From Perna viridis (Eukaryota), in NCBI GenBank assembly GCA_037379345.1, contig CM074511.1:8308001-8372000 (forward strand): a DNA stretch of 64,000 nucleotides, in the 5' to 3' direction. Position numbers and translations under genes: made by a program. The notes beneath the pieces were generated by a model. It was not told the DNA's origin. It did no database searches and saw only the letters and a program-made list of their open reading frames with translations. Position 1 is the first letter of the stretch. Every line of letters starts with the position of its first letter. Shown in pieces: positions 48,870 to 61,619 of this stretch.

Positions 48870-51800
48870 CTGTAAATAGATGATAAATATTGATTTTTTG
48901 TTAAAAGTTCAAATGGCTTTACATTATTATCTAACTTCAAACTACTTAAAAAAAAAAAAAAAACCAGTTATCAATGAAATGGAAGATTTGAATGAAAACT
49001 TTGTAAGTCTTCAGTTTCGCTGTTACAAGTCAGCTATGGAAAATTCATATATTTAAGTATTTCTCCATCTAAGAATCAGGCAAAATGTGTAAAAGGGTGG
49101 TACATGGAGGAAAAAAAACACTGAGATTTTATTGCATTAACCAACCATCCAAGTGTATATAAATTTGCCTTTATAAGATATTGATAGGTCAAGTCTAGTT
49201 GAAATGCACTATGGACAAATGGTGGTAAAATTTTCCTGCACTTTTTCCTTACGCAAGAAGTAAAAAAAAATCTGTCATAAATACTTAAGAATAAATTTAA
49301 ATAACTTTTTTAGTTGTTCTCTAGATCTATTGAATACATTTGAGGAAATAAAGACCAAATTGAGAAATATGATATGCCACCCATTGCCTGATTCTTACAC
49401 AGAATGGTACTTAAATTAATACTTATTAATTATAATAAAGTGTAGAATAAAAACTATGTGAGTTGAAGCATTTTCTTCAATATAACAAATAAGCAATCAT
49501 CAGTTGGAAAAATGCACGCATGAATTCATAAATAATTGTGTTGTAAAGATTTGATGTACAAAAACTAATTCATTAAGTAAATTAAAAGCAAAAAAAAATA
49601 TCTTCAGACTGATTAAAATAGGCAATGACAACAAAACATACATTTGCATGCAAAAGAAGTATTCAGGTGCAGGTAATTTCACAAAGCAGTAAACTCCTGT
49701 AAGAGGAATAGGTGAACAGGTTTTCAAAGGTGGTGAAGAAGTAAGCAATAAATACTTGTCATTTGTCAGCAATATTGAAGGAATTTATATTAAAATGTTC
49801 AGAAAAAGAAAATGGTTTCATTCAAAGAAAAGGAAAGCACCTGATTATATTTCAAAATAGTTAATAAACAATAAGTACCAGGAAAGCAAAAATATAAACA
49901 AAAAGGTACACACTTAAAATTAGTCAAATTAGTAATTTATAAATAGTAACATACTTACATTTGTTACAACAGGCTTGGGGGAAACTTTCATATTTTTCTG
50001 AACACCATTACTTTTAAAATTGAAGGTATCGCTGGTATTTTTATCAAAAGCAGCGAAAGGATCATCTTTACTATCTAAATGTTCACTTTTCTGTCCTTTT
50101 AATTGACTAGAGAATGCTGATGCAAAAGGATCACCAAAACTGTTGTCAAATGCTTTAGAAAATCCATTTGATGAATTGAATGGATCACAGTCTGCAAATG
50201 GATCACTGTTCTGAAATGGGTCCTCAATTACAAATTGCCCACTTGAACATGAGGATGTTGAAGAGTTCATACTCACTTTATCTTCAGCAGCAGTTGACAA
50301 ATTATTATTTTCTTCCACTTTTTTACGAGTATTGTCATTTGAGTTACTATGACTAGAAGCAGCATGAGATTCTTTTAATGTTGCATCACCTTGACCTTTG
50401 CTTTGAGGTCGGGGTCTTGGAACAGGTTTTATGCTTGTTGATTGAGATTCTGGTGGTAAATTCCTTGGTGGCAGTGATGGAGCAAGTTTATCACAGGAGT
50501 TTTGCAGGTGGGGTGCAGAAAGTGCAGGGCGCGGTGGGGGAGCAGGTGGAATAGCTGCAATTTTGTCCACTTTCCTTTCTGGTGGCAATGGTGGTGGTGG
50601 ACCTTCTGGTGAAGGCATATCAAAATTGTCACTGTCACTCCCTTCACTTCTTTCTGGTGACATTGGCCAAGCATTAGCTTTTTCAGAAAATGAACCCCAA
50701 TCATTTGGTTTTTTTGGGGAAGACCATGGATCTGGTTTTGACGATGACACTGGCCATTTATCACCACTTGTGGTAGAGTTTTTAAATGCCATTGTTTGTG
50801 ACTGCATAGCTTTTGAAGGATTGTTTACATAGGAAGTATCAAAAGGATCATTACTAGCAGGAGTTGTTTTGAAGTTACCAGCTTCAGGAAGGTTGAAGGA
50901 ATCAAATGTGCCAAAGGGATCTTCAAAACTTGCCTGTTGAGTTGGTTGAGTGGCTTTTACCAACTCACTCATTGGTTTTTTAGGTGAAGTATTTTTCTCA
51001 GCAAACAGCTGTTTTGGTGTTTTGTCGGTACTTTTTGTTCCAAGTTCACACAGGTCTCCAAAAGCATCGGCAGGAGGTTTTGGTGAGTCTCTTCCTCCTC
51101 CCTGTGTGGTTAATTTGACTGGTGCCAATACAGATTCACCAAAGGGATCACTGTTACTGCTTGTCTGGGGGGTAGAGGTCTGCATTCCAAAAGGATTTGC
51201 AGCTGTTGATGCTGGGGCTCCAAAGGGTGCTGATCCAAAACCACCTCCCTAAAAAGAGATAAAAACCATTTAATTTTACTTACATTAAAGGCAAATATAG
51301 TATATCTGTAAGTGCGATTGTTTATTCATGATAAAAAAAGATGTAGACATGTGAGTCTTTGTCTAGATTTACCTATACTGTTTGCACAGTTCACAAATGG
51401 ATGTAACTGTAAATGAGGAGTTGATGGTACTAATCAATCACAATGCATGGCCATTAAAACTTATAAGTAATTTACTAATACTTGTGTGTTTTTGCTACAT
51501 GAGTACATATCAGATAGGGATGTCTATTATTTCTGTTTCACTTTTCTAGTTGACATGACACGATGGATAGTTTTACCATAGGATTCTGTCCAAATGGTGC
51601 TTGCTGCCCTGGCATGGGCTGTCCTCCAAAAGGATTAGCAACTGGAGCAGCACCAAACCCTGGCTGGGGCTGTCCAAATCCTGGCTGAGGAGCTGGTTGT
51701 CCAAAACCTGCCTGGGGAATTCCTCCTGGTGGTACAGGCTGTCCAAAACCAGCCTGCGGAACTCCACCATGTGGTCCAGGCTGTCCAAACCCAGGCTGAG

Positions 51801-54800
51801 CTCCAAATCCAGGCTGAGCCCCAAAACCAGCATGGAGCATTCCAGGATTCTGAGCAGGCATTGTGGGTGTGTTACCAAATAGACCTAAAATAGCATTTTT
51901 ATCAACCGGTGAAGCTGGTTTAGTGCCAAACAAGTCCATATCCTGAAGGTCTGATGAAGCTGATGTAGTGGGTGCTTCAGGGGCAGGAGTAGCAGAGCCT
52001 CCCCAGGGATCATTTGACGGTGGTGTAGTTTGTTCAGCCTCAAAGAAGGTTTCGAGTTTATTCATTTGTTCAATACCCTACAATGAAAGCAAAGCAAAAG
52101 CTAATGGTAAATTCATATTGAATGATTTGTGTGGCTCGAAAGGTAAAGACAATAACAATCTTACACTGCTAACATTGGTGTATTTATCACAAATCAATTT
52201 TACCAGTGAGAAAAAAAATTGAACACCATTGCAAGACAGAATCAAGACACTAAAGGGTAAGATTTCAAACGCTCTGTGGAGTACATTAGTACAGAAATTC
52301 AGAATGTCATCTTTGCTGAAAAAGATGTCATAAAACATTTTATTGTGATATAACAAAAGTCCCATGGTTATTTTACCCATGAGTAAGATAAGGAAATCTC
52401 ACATAGCCTTAAATATGAAAAAAAAACAGAACAGTCAGTATTTTCTAAAGCCACCTGCTATGAAAAGAGTCCAAGCTGTAGTTCTTTCCATAGACAAAAT
52501 CAATATCACGAACACAATAACTATGTTAAAAGACGATTTACTAAAATTTCAGGTACAAATGAATATCAAAGCTTGGATCATCTAAGTACACCACTTCTTT
52601 GCACATAAGAACACGTCATTTATGGCAACTTACAAAGTGTCCACCTTTAGACCGTTGTCTGTTTTGCTTCTGTTATCCCTTAGGCGGAAGTTTCCATCAA
52701 ACTTCAGGAAACATAATAACGTAATTTAGTGAAGGTTAACGTTAGGAAAGATAGAATCACAACATCACCTATGAACTTATGAAGCATTTAAATTTTAACC
52801 TGTCTCATATTGTGTATATACATGTATTATTACAAATGTATATCTATTTTTTGGTTATTACACGTGTGATTTCCATGTAATCAAATAATCAAATGTATGT
52901 AAAACATTACATTACATGTATGGAGTTCCTAATGCCTTTTTTAATTGTTGTATATAATATTTTTATGAAGTAAATTTACTTTTTATTAATAAACATAATT
53001 CTGATTGAACTATAAATCAGTGATATGGAATCCATCTCTGTTGTGGCAATTAATCCATATATACAATTGATTAAGGTCATCTACACAAATGCCAAAATCA
53101 AAAGCCCAGATTGAAAGGCAAAAAAGTTACAGCCTGGACAAGATTTGTCACTGAAAAAACAAAATTTGACCTTGAAGTCTAAGTTCAAGGTCATAGGCCA
53201 CTACCCATGGTATGAAACACACAGTCTTTAGGTGGTTTACTCACATGACAAATATCAAAAGCCCACATCAAAAGACAAAAAAGTTACAGCCCGGACACAA
53301 GTTTGTCACTGAAAAACAGAAAATTTGACCTCCAAGTTAAAGTTCAAGGTCATAGGCCACTATCCATGGCATGGGATACATTGTCTTTAGGTGATCTACC
53401 AACATGCAAAATATCAAAAGCCTACTTTAAAGGCAAAAAAAAAAAAATAAAGCTCAAACACTTGTTTGCCATTGAAGAACAGGAATTTGACCTTCAGGTC
53501 AAAGTGCAAGGTCATAGGCCACCATCCATGGTACGTGACATATTGTCTTTATGTGATCTGCCCACATATTTGGTTTAAAAAGGTGTGTTTTAATTAAAAA
53601 AACAGACTTCTCATCAATGAAGGAAATATAAGTATAAATTATTTGATATATCTTATGAAGCACTCCATTTGATTTCTGGATAACAAACTAACCTGACCAA
53701 TTGTTTCCAGTTCACTTTCTAAATCAACCAAAGAACTTCCTTGGTCTTTCACTGGTTTGTTATTCTGAGGAACCTGAAGTAAAAGAAAATGTAGTTACAA
53801 TTGTAGACAAAATATCATATCTTGTGAACAAAGCACACTTATAGTCAGTTGAAAATAAAAACAAACCATGTACTGCTTTGCATCTTTTCAGATATAATTT
53901 TACATTTAAACCATAATTAGATGAGAAAGTAAGTATTTTTTTTTTTAAAGTCAAATTCATATAAGTCAAGTAATAAAAAGAATAAAAGTTTACAAATATA
54001 TCATCATAACACCACAATTGAAGTTACACGAAACAGACTACTTATCATTTTAAATTCTCAAATGTATTAAATAGCTAGAATACTGTCAGGTTCAGGTATA
54101 AAACAAAAAAAAGCTGTGAGCAAGTAAACTTTTTTCATGGGGTTTAATCATATGAAATCCTTTGGTTAGGTTATCTCTCCTTTTCTTGCAGGTATCTACT
54201 AATTCCTTCATGTACAGCAACATATGATGCCCAAACATTCAATAAAATTTTATCAAAATTCAAACTATGATGTAAGATTGTCTCCCTTTGGAGGCTTCAG
54301 ACAGTATATTTATTTATATATATAATTATTATATATATTATATATCTATATGTATGGACAGATGAACAAATAGATGGTAGGATGGTCAAACAGACTGACA
54401 GATTGCTTTCTTTATATCTCACTAAGTTTGTGGGGCTATAATAAGGGTACCAATTGTGCTTAGAAATAGTGAAGAAAACAAAAAAAATCTTAAATCGTAT
54501 AATAACAGAACATTGTGACTGCAATCAAAACATAATTGTGTATTACTAAATATTAGACTAAATCAACAACATGAATAGTAACAACAACTAAATCCCAACA
54601 ACATTAAAACTCACATCATAGATGGGTTCAGAAATCTCATCATACCCATTGTAAAGGTAAAGTTCCTATAGGTTAAGTTTACAATAGTTATTATTATAAT
54701 GAAATATTCCTTTTAACAAATCAAAGCAAGAGTAAACACAGGAAATTATCATTTTCACTCTGTTATGTTTTCTTCTTTGTATCTGCTATTAATTTTACTT

Positions 54801-57800
54801 ACATGGAAGGCTAGATTATAAGGTAAGCTTTCCTACAGGATTTTGATAATAAGACAAAGTATAAGCTACTATAGAGTTCTAATTATAGAGCCAACTGTAC
54901 TTTATGTTTTTATTTCTTTTAATTAGAATACTTTAACCGTCCCCATTCAAAAGTTCTCTTTATATCTTTCAACATAACTTCCATGTATATTTAATGTGAA
55001 AATATCTCCCTTTTAAAAAAGTGAACTTCAGTTAGTAAAATAAGAAACTCATTCCAAACCAAACCATGCACCTCCATACATTCTATTTAACTACTGAAAT
55101 TAAAATAAGGGTGGTAACTCAACCACATCAGGAATGACTTACAGCATAGACAGGTTCCTCATCTGTGTTTGATTCTGTATTTAAATCTCCATCTAGTTTT
55201 ATCACTGTAAGATATAAGTCAGTTACTGAGCATTTTCACAAACCCAAATACCTATAAAAGATCCCTACTCAATTATCACTTAAATTTTACTATCAGAAGT
55301 GTAGTGAACAAATTCTTAACTTATTTTAAATTTACCAGAAAAATACCAATGAAAAAACAAACTAGAAACAAATTATAAACATTTGCAAGAATTTAACATT
55401 GTTTGAATCTGCCCATTATTCTAAAACAAATATACCATGAAAAATAGAAGTCAAATCACATTATAAAAATTTGGTATGTGTATTATCAAGTAAAGACATT
55501 TTTCTAGTTTATAAAACTAAAAAAAATCATTACAGAAAACTTACATTAGATAAAATCTTAATGGAAAAGAAAGGGTGGAAAGTACAGGAGTCAGTGACCC
55601 CCTTCTTATCCAATAAGTTTACTTAATATACTTAGATTAAAACCTAGTTTTTCATTGGATGAAAATTTCAGGTGCAATTTTTATGTGGTATTTTTCACCA
55701 TATCTGTTCCTTTTAGATTTGACATCTTACTGCATTGACTACCCACCAAACATTACACCTTTCAGCCATAATAAAGTAATTCCTTTGACACTAGTCAAAG
55801 GGGGGTAAGTCACAGAATTCAATACGCTTCTCTATTGACACTAGTCAAAGGGGGGTAAGTCACAGAATTCAATACGCTTCTCTATTGACACTAGTCAAAG
55901 GGGGGTAAGTCACAGAATTCAATATGCTTCTCTATTACAGCTTTTAATCAAATTCACATTATTATCCTTAAAGTGAAGTTTAGATGGTTATTTCTGAAGA
56001 TTTATTCTATCCTCTACCTGTTAGTGTCTGATCATAACAAACTTCAACATTTACTGACTTCTATCTATTCTGTGGCTTGACTTTAAAAAAAACATTTTAT
56101 TTTGAGTTTTAGTCCATACTTAATTTAATAAAATGCTCTTAAAATGTCCTATATTCGAGATACACATATTCTTATGCAGGTCCAGCTGTAATAAATGATA
56201 ATATTTTCAAATGAACGCATTTTTTCCATATTTTATTCCTTTTGATATCTTCAAGTTAATTTTTATTACTGCACGATTTATTGCTTTGTTATATCAAGTT
56301 CAAGATCAATTCAACATTTTCAACAAATAATTTATGAATAGAGCATGTTTTTGGTGATTTTTCGTTGCCTTAATCTAATTTTTCCAATACTGGATGTTTT
56401 TCCACTATTTCCAAGTTGTATGCTACCCTTGCAGTATGATACTTCGTTAGTAATGAATCATTTCACCCTTATATCAATTTTGGTCATGAACATGTCTTCG
56501 TGTTGTTATTTGATTTTTTGTTTATTTTGAAGAAGTGTCTTCTTTATGTTACCATAGATTTTATTATTTTTGTAGTTAAAGCCTTTCGGAGCTTACTTGA
56601 AGGTGTGTTTACCAAGGGTCCAGAAATTTTGACAACCCATGCTGGTCATTTTATCAAACTTCAGCAGACGTTTGTGCCAGTCTTGCTTAGATCGAAAAAC
56701 TTTTAAAAAAAAAACTTGTTCATGTACATGTAGTTATTTTAAGAAAAATATTGGAATTTGTGTTATTTTATTACATACTCTGTCTTTTATAAAATATCTG
56801 AATGAGTGAACGAGTTCGGTTTGACCACATGTGGATGTTTCAACATGTAAACAAAACATTATATCTCTCTGACTTTTTCATCACATCAGCAAACAGCCAA
56901 AAACTTCTGAGTGATGAAAAAAAAGTTATAAAAGTTATTATTTATAAAAGAAAATCTCGAATACATTCTGTATATTGATTTAAATGGGCTGTTGGCTACT
57001 GCGTTAAAAAGATTCAATCGGCAAATTAATAATTACTAACTATGACTGATTCGTAATTTCAGCACCATATGTGCTTTCATTACCTCTGTAAGATCGGCGG
57101 GAAAATGATCGATGGACATCTCAATCTTTTTCTTCATAAATCAAGTAATAAATGTAAGAAAATTGCCCAAGTCACTTCAATTAATTCGTTTACACAATGG
57201 GGCTGCACGTGTATCGTTAATGCAATTATGCAATCAACTGATCAGTTACCGGTAAATCGCATGTGGCTGCACATTGGCTAAAATTGACATCCACCTGTCA
57301 ATTAATTTCCAATAAACAATTAGGAGACAGGTAGACAGGATGTTTATACACTAATAAAACCATATAGACTGAAATTTATAAGGGTTGACAATTTTTTATG
57401 TCCGATATTGGAAAATGCTTGTCCGATATTTGCAAAATTTGTCAGTCAATGACCGGCATTTTTGACCGTTTCCAGACCCATGGTGTTAACACTTGTTGAA
57501 AACCTTTCAGTCATCTCTGTAAGTATTTACTATTTTCATAGGCATCATACCATGGTACATTTGTTACTTTTCACAATATCTGTTCTATTTTCCATTATTA
57601 AAACTTAGATCCACTTCAATATTGAATAGCTGTAATGCAAATATCATCAAAACGAAACATACTAAATGATTGGAAAATGATTCTCATAAAAATTCAAGCT
57701 TGTAAGGCTATTGTTTTTGAAGAAGTTCGGCCATAATAGCACTCCACAGAAAATGATTCCTGTAAAACGGATTGCATCTATAGTTGCTCGCCTTGAAATT

Positions 57801-60800
57801 TTAATAAAATGAATAGGAAATAGTGTCCTATCAGCTTAGCCATTTTTGTATTAAATTGACTAGGAATCATGAGATATACATTACTCTGTCAATTTATTGC
57901 AATGTAATAAAGTTGTCTGAAACATTAACAATGTTATTATTTAAAGTTTTGGGCAGTCAATCACAGCGGTTACATGACGTGTGTCTGCTATACACATAGA
58001 AAATGGGCTACTTTATTGTTCACTTCTTTAACTCTGATTTGTTCAAAAACTAGGTTATAATTTAAGTATCTAAAAATAATAAGCAGATATGATGCTTGCA
58101 ATTTTTACAATAATTTTTGTTATGACTGAGGCAAATGGAGGAAGAAAGAAACTTAAGTTTTCCTCACTACAGGAATGGTTTAGAATCACAGACAAATGAC
58201 AAAATTTATGTTACACCTAATCTTTGTTCCAATCCTGGTAAAATATTCATAACATTTAAAACCATACCATTGGGATTTTCTTTTTCTTCTTTATTTTCAC
58301 CTCCTTCTTGTTTCTTCTTTGCAGCTTCCATTTCTTTCTTCTTTCTTTCAAATATAATTTGAAAGAGATCTCTTAACGTCAAAACAACTGCTTCAGACTG
58401 TAAGTCATTAAAAAAAAAAAAATAGGTGAAAAGATAATTTCTATTTACTGTCTTTTTTTCCCTGTTATTTAACTTTATTTTTATTTTGTCAAACTGTCAG
58501 TATATAATTTTACTAACTTAAAACACAATCTGATAAGTAAAACAATGAAATACATATATCTTATAATTATTGAACTATAATTATTTTTAATATTTCCCAA
58601 GATCTGTTTTTAAAGCTAACTAAACAAAGACAGATACAGAAAAAGTTTAGCAAAAGTAAGTAATTTTGAATATTTTTTCAATCTGAAAAATGAAATGTCA
58701 TGAAACTTCACATATTTTTTGTTAAAAAAAATTGTCTCAGTCAAACCTACAAGATCTCTATTTAACTACATAGCTGAAACAACCAGACTAGAAAATTTCT
58801 ACATGCATATCTATTCAAAACACTAAAACTTTGTTTGCATGAACTATATACCACTTAAGCAGAGGTGTTCAACTAATTATGCCCAACTAGTTATTTTTAA
58901 AAGGCCTGTCAGAATTCAGAAAATATTCATGCAATTTATTTACAAAATATGTTGATTTAAAACAATAAATACCACAGAAGATTTACAAGAAAGTTGAATA
59001 GATCTATTCTGCATCAAGTATTGTATAGTTTTCAGTTATAGCTTAACTGTGTCTAACGGACTGAATAACAGCCAATTGTTTACTGTAATATCAGATTATA
59101 TTTGGTAATCAAGGAAACATTCAAGTATAATGTTCCTGTAAATACATGTCAATTGGCAGGAAATATATTGACAGATTTGATAACATCATATACATACTGC
59201 TTTTTCTGTTTTGATTCCATAAAATTTGTGAACTTTATCCTCAGTACTGTAGATATAACCAAAGGCCCTAGAATCACTCATGTCCCTGGAGATAAATGAA
59301 ACTTTGTGCACCGGGTGGGAATGTTCCACAAACTGAAAAAAAAAATACAATCCATTTATACATACAGCATTAATGTTTTAAGTACCAAAGATTAATCAAT
59401 ATATTGCAATAACTCAAAAAATGTCTGACAATTATAATTTAACTTGAACCATGTTTTACATTCATATATAAGATTTATACCATGTCTGGCATCTTAAAGT
59501 TTTACTTGCACTATGTCTGACATAAACAGAATTTCCCTAACACCACATCACATATCTAAAATATTGACTAACACAGTCTGAAAATGTTTACTTACACAAT
59601 GCCTAATATCTATAATTGTAACTTACACAATGCCTGATATCTGTAATTGTAACTTACACAATGCCTGATATCTATACTGTAACTTACACAATGCCTGATA
59701 TCTATAATTGTAACTTACACCATGCCTGATATCTATACTGTAACTTACACAATGCCTGATATCTATAATTGTAACTTACACCATGTCTGATATCTATAAT
59801 TGTAACTTACACCATGTCTGACATCTATAAGTTTGATGCCCTCCTCTGATACATTGATGATTATTTTCTGTTTGTGTACACCTAATGATTTGATTTCTGC
59901 CTTTAATTTCTGTATTTTCTCCTGACACATCTTATCTCCCCTTGCTTCTGGTACTTCTTCAACTCCAATTAATTTGGCATTAAAACTTATTCCTTCTCCT
60001 TTAAATCTGTCAGGATCATTTTTATCTGAAATTTTCATTGATATAAAAATACAAATAAACATAAAAAAGAAACTAATAAATTTAATATTGATTTTTAGTT
60101 ACTTGTTCTTCATGCATGCAAATTCAAGCTAATAATACTAACTGCTAATTATTCCTTTGGCGGCAGATAAAAGTTAGTCAAATGAAGACATAACACGGGA
60201 CTCTAGAATATGTGTAAGCTGGATCAAATGATGTAGACCATATTCCATAATGTAAACCTAATTTCATGGAGGCTTTTTTAAATTCATTTTTTTTAACTTC
60301 ACAGTGATTAATCTAGTAACAAATAATGACAACAAATATGACAAGCATTTACTTTAGTTTATTTAATATCCTCACACAAGGAGCAATCAAATTCTTCACA
60401 GGACACAGCTTAATACGACCACAGAAACTGTATCCCTGAACAGTTGAGGCAAGATAAGACTTCGACCAGAATCTAAGTGACCCATTTTGGGCCCTATTTC
60501 TTAAATTGTTCAAGTCACAACCTCCAAAATCGATCCAAACATTCCTTTCAGTGTATGACTCTTTGTTGTACAATGTCAAAGAGATCCAATTCCTTTTACC
60601 CAAATAATATCATCCAGAAATTGCATGTTTCTGGCTCCTTTGTGGCCTCTAATACTTAATTGGCTTATGTGACAAATGCCAAAATCAATCAAAACTTCCT
60701 TTTGTGCTATGACACTAAGAAGTACAATTCAAAAGAGATCTATGTACTCAAAATCAAGTTATTGTCCAGACATTAGAAAAAACACTTGTTTCTAGCCTCT

Positions 60801-61619
60801 TTTTAGTCCCTCAGTCCTCAACAGTTCAAGTCTAAACCCCCAGAATAAATCCCAGTATGACCATAGTGAAATAATACTCTAAACATAAGTAAGCTTCTGA
60901 TGACAACAGCACCATACCATTATATGACTGCAAATTTTTTGCAGTTGTATAAAAAATAAATGGCTCAAGAATATTAATTGCTTGGCCTTAAAAGAACAGA
61001 GCTCAAGGTCTCAAAAGTTTGAAAAACAAATTACAGTATAACACCTTGACCTTTGACCCCAACATTTCAATGAATAAATCCCTGCTTACATCATTTCTAA
61101 CATTTATATCTGTGCAAGTTAAGCTAAATCTATTTATTCAAGCTATGTAACAGAAACCAAAATTTTCAATAGTTTATATTAGTCATGGTGACCTTGACAT
61201 ATGATCTACTGACACCAAAACTCAAAGGTGTATCTCTTGTCATTCATTAAGGCAGACTAAAAATAAGTGGTGAAAGCAAGTAAAGACCCAAAATTATATT
61301 CAATAACCACCCTTTTTCTGGCAAACGAATGAAAATTTCAGAGTCAAAATAAAGGAAATGCTCAAAACTGAAAACATTTAATAACATAAAACCTTACATT
61401 TCCTTCCAAAGAATTGCATTGTACTGTTGAGAATTCCTATAAGCTTAGACATATACTGGTAAGCAACTTACCAATTTTTTTATTGACTCTGTAGACTAGG
61501 ACACTTTTGGTTGAGTTTGTTGTTGTGGAGGCAGCTGTGGTTGGTGTTGGTTCGGTTATAGTTACCGTGGTAACAGTTGGTGTCTCTGTTGCAGGCAAAG
61601 CCTCTTCAGTTGCTGACAT
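48825..61619 (-). CDS. Dab: Disabled-family PTB/PID adaptor (DAB1/DAB2-like), 10 coding exons, about 885 aa
   Basis: Manual join with GT-AG boundaries and consistent phases: 61472-61619, 59811-60025, 59198-59332, 58268-58397, 55143-55204, 54615-54665 (symmetric cassette), 53693-53773, 51577-52077, 49959-51248, 48825-48869 = 2658 nt. The PTB domain ([29 protein letters not shown]...[23 protein letters not shown]...[24 protein letters not shown]) is diagnostic of Dab. The tail carries many DPF, NPF and DPW endocytic motifs and proline-rich segments. Confidence 0.93.
49959..51248 (-). CDS. Dab: Dab large disordered exon rich in DPF and proline
   Basis: tttttag acceptor, AAT|gtaagt donor, 1290 nt open; overlaps ORF 49929..51185. 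Confidence 0.92.
51577..52077 (-). CDS. Dab: Dab exon with GFGQP repeats, DPW and NPF
   Basis: ttgtag acceptor, ATG|gtaaaa donor, 501 nt; overlaps ORF 51538..52065. Confidence 0.88.
53070..53570. repeat. About 160-bp tandem repeat x3, Helentron/HINE-type, in a Dab intron
   Basis: aaggtcataggccac at 53187, 53346 and 53508, with tttgacct..aaggtca motifs. Confidence 0.8.
53693..53773 (-). CDS. Dab: Dab exon ([27 protein letters not shown])
   Basis: cttcag acceptor, CAG|gttagt donor, 81 nt, phase 0/0. Confidence 0.85.
54615..54665 (-). CDS. Dab: Dab putative 51-nt cassette exon ([17 protein letters not shown])
   Basis: tatag acceptor, gtgagt donor, symmetric phase 0/0, open frame, tyrosine-rich. 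Confidence 0.6.
55143..55204 (-). CDS. Dab: Dab small exon ending in EEPVYA
   Basis: ttacag acceptor, gtaagt donor; converts phase 1 to phase 0 as required. Confidence 0.8.
55785..55936. repeat. 50-bp tandem repeat x3
   Basis: Units starting ttgacactagtcaaag and ending gaattcaatacgcttctcta at 55785, 55835 and 55885. Confidence 0.95.
58268..58397 (-). CDS. Dab: Dab PTB C-terminal helix exon ([22 protein letters not shown]...)
   Basis: ttacag acceptor, gtatgg donor, conserved LRDLFQ motif. Confidence 0.93.
59198..59332 (-). CDS. Dab: Dab PTB domain exon ([17 protein letters not shown]...IKTEKA)
   Basis: 135 nt, phase 0/0, ttttcag acceptor and gtatgt donor, conserved SFISRD..D.RAFGY motif. 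Confidence 0.95.
59590..59829. repeat. 30/31-bp tandem repeat x8 derived from a Dab exon/intron junction
   Basis: acttac (GTAAGT on the minus strand) at 59590, 59621, 59652, 59682, 59713, 59743, 59774 and 59805. Confidence 0.95.
59811..60025 (-). CDS. Dab: Dab PTB domain exon ([12 protein letters not shown]...IDVRHG)
   Basis: tttcag acceptor, GGT|gtaagt donor, canonical Dab PTB N-half. Confidence 0.95.
61472..61619 (-). CDS. Dab: Dab first coding exon (MSATEEALP...VNKKI)
   Basis: Acceptor tttcag (exon starts 61699), ATG at 61619, donor G|gtaagt, phase 1 matching the next exon. Confidence 0.8.

Noticed and set aside
50429-52222. Overlapping and antisense ORFs in Dab exons
   Set aside because: Shadows of the Dab coding frame.
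52455-52701. Extra Dab exons (52634-52701 and 52455-52475)
   Set aside because: With the strong donors the phases do not fit the flanking phase-0 exons; only a weak gtggac donor would work.
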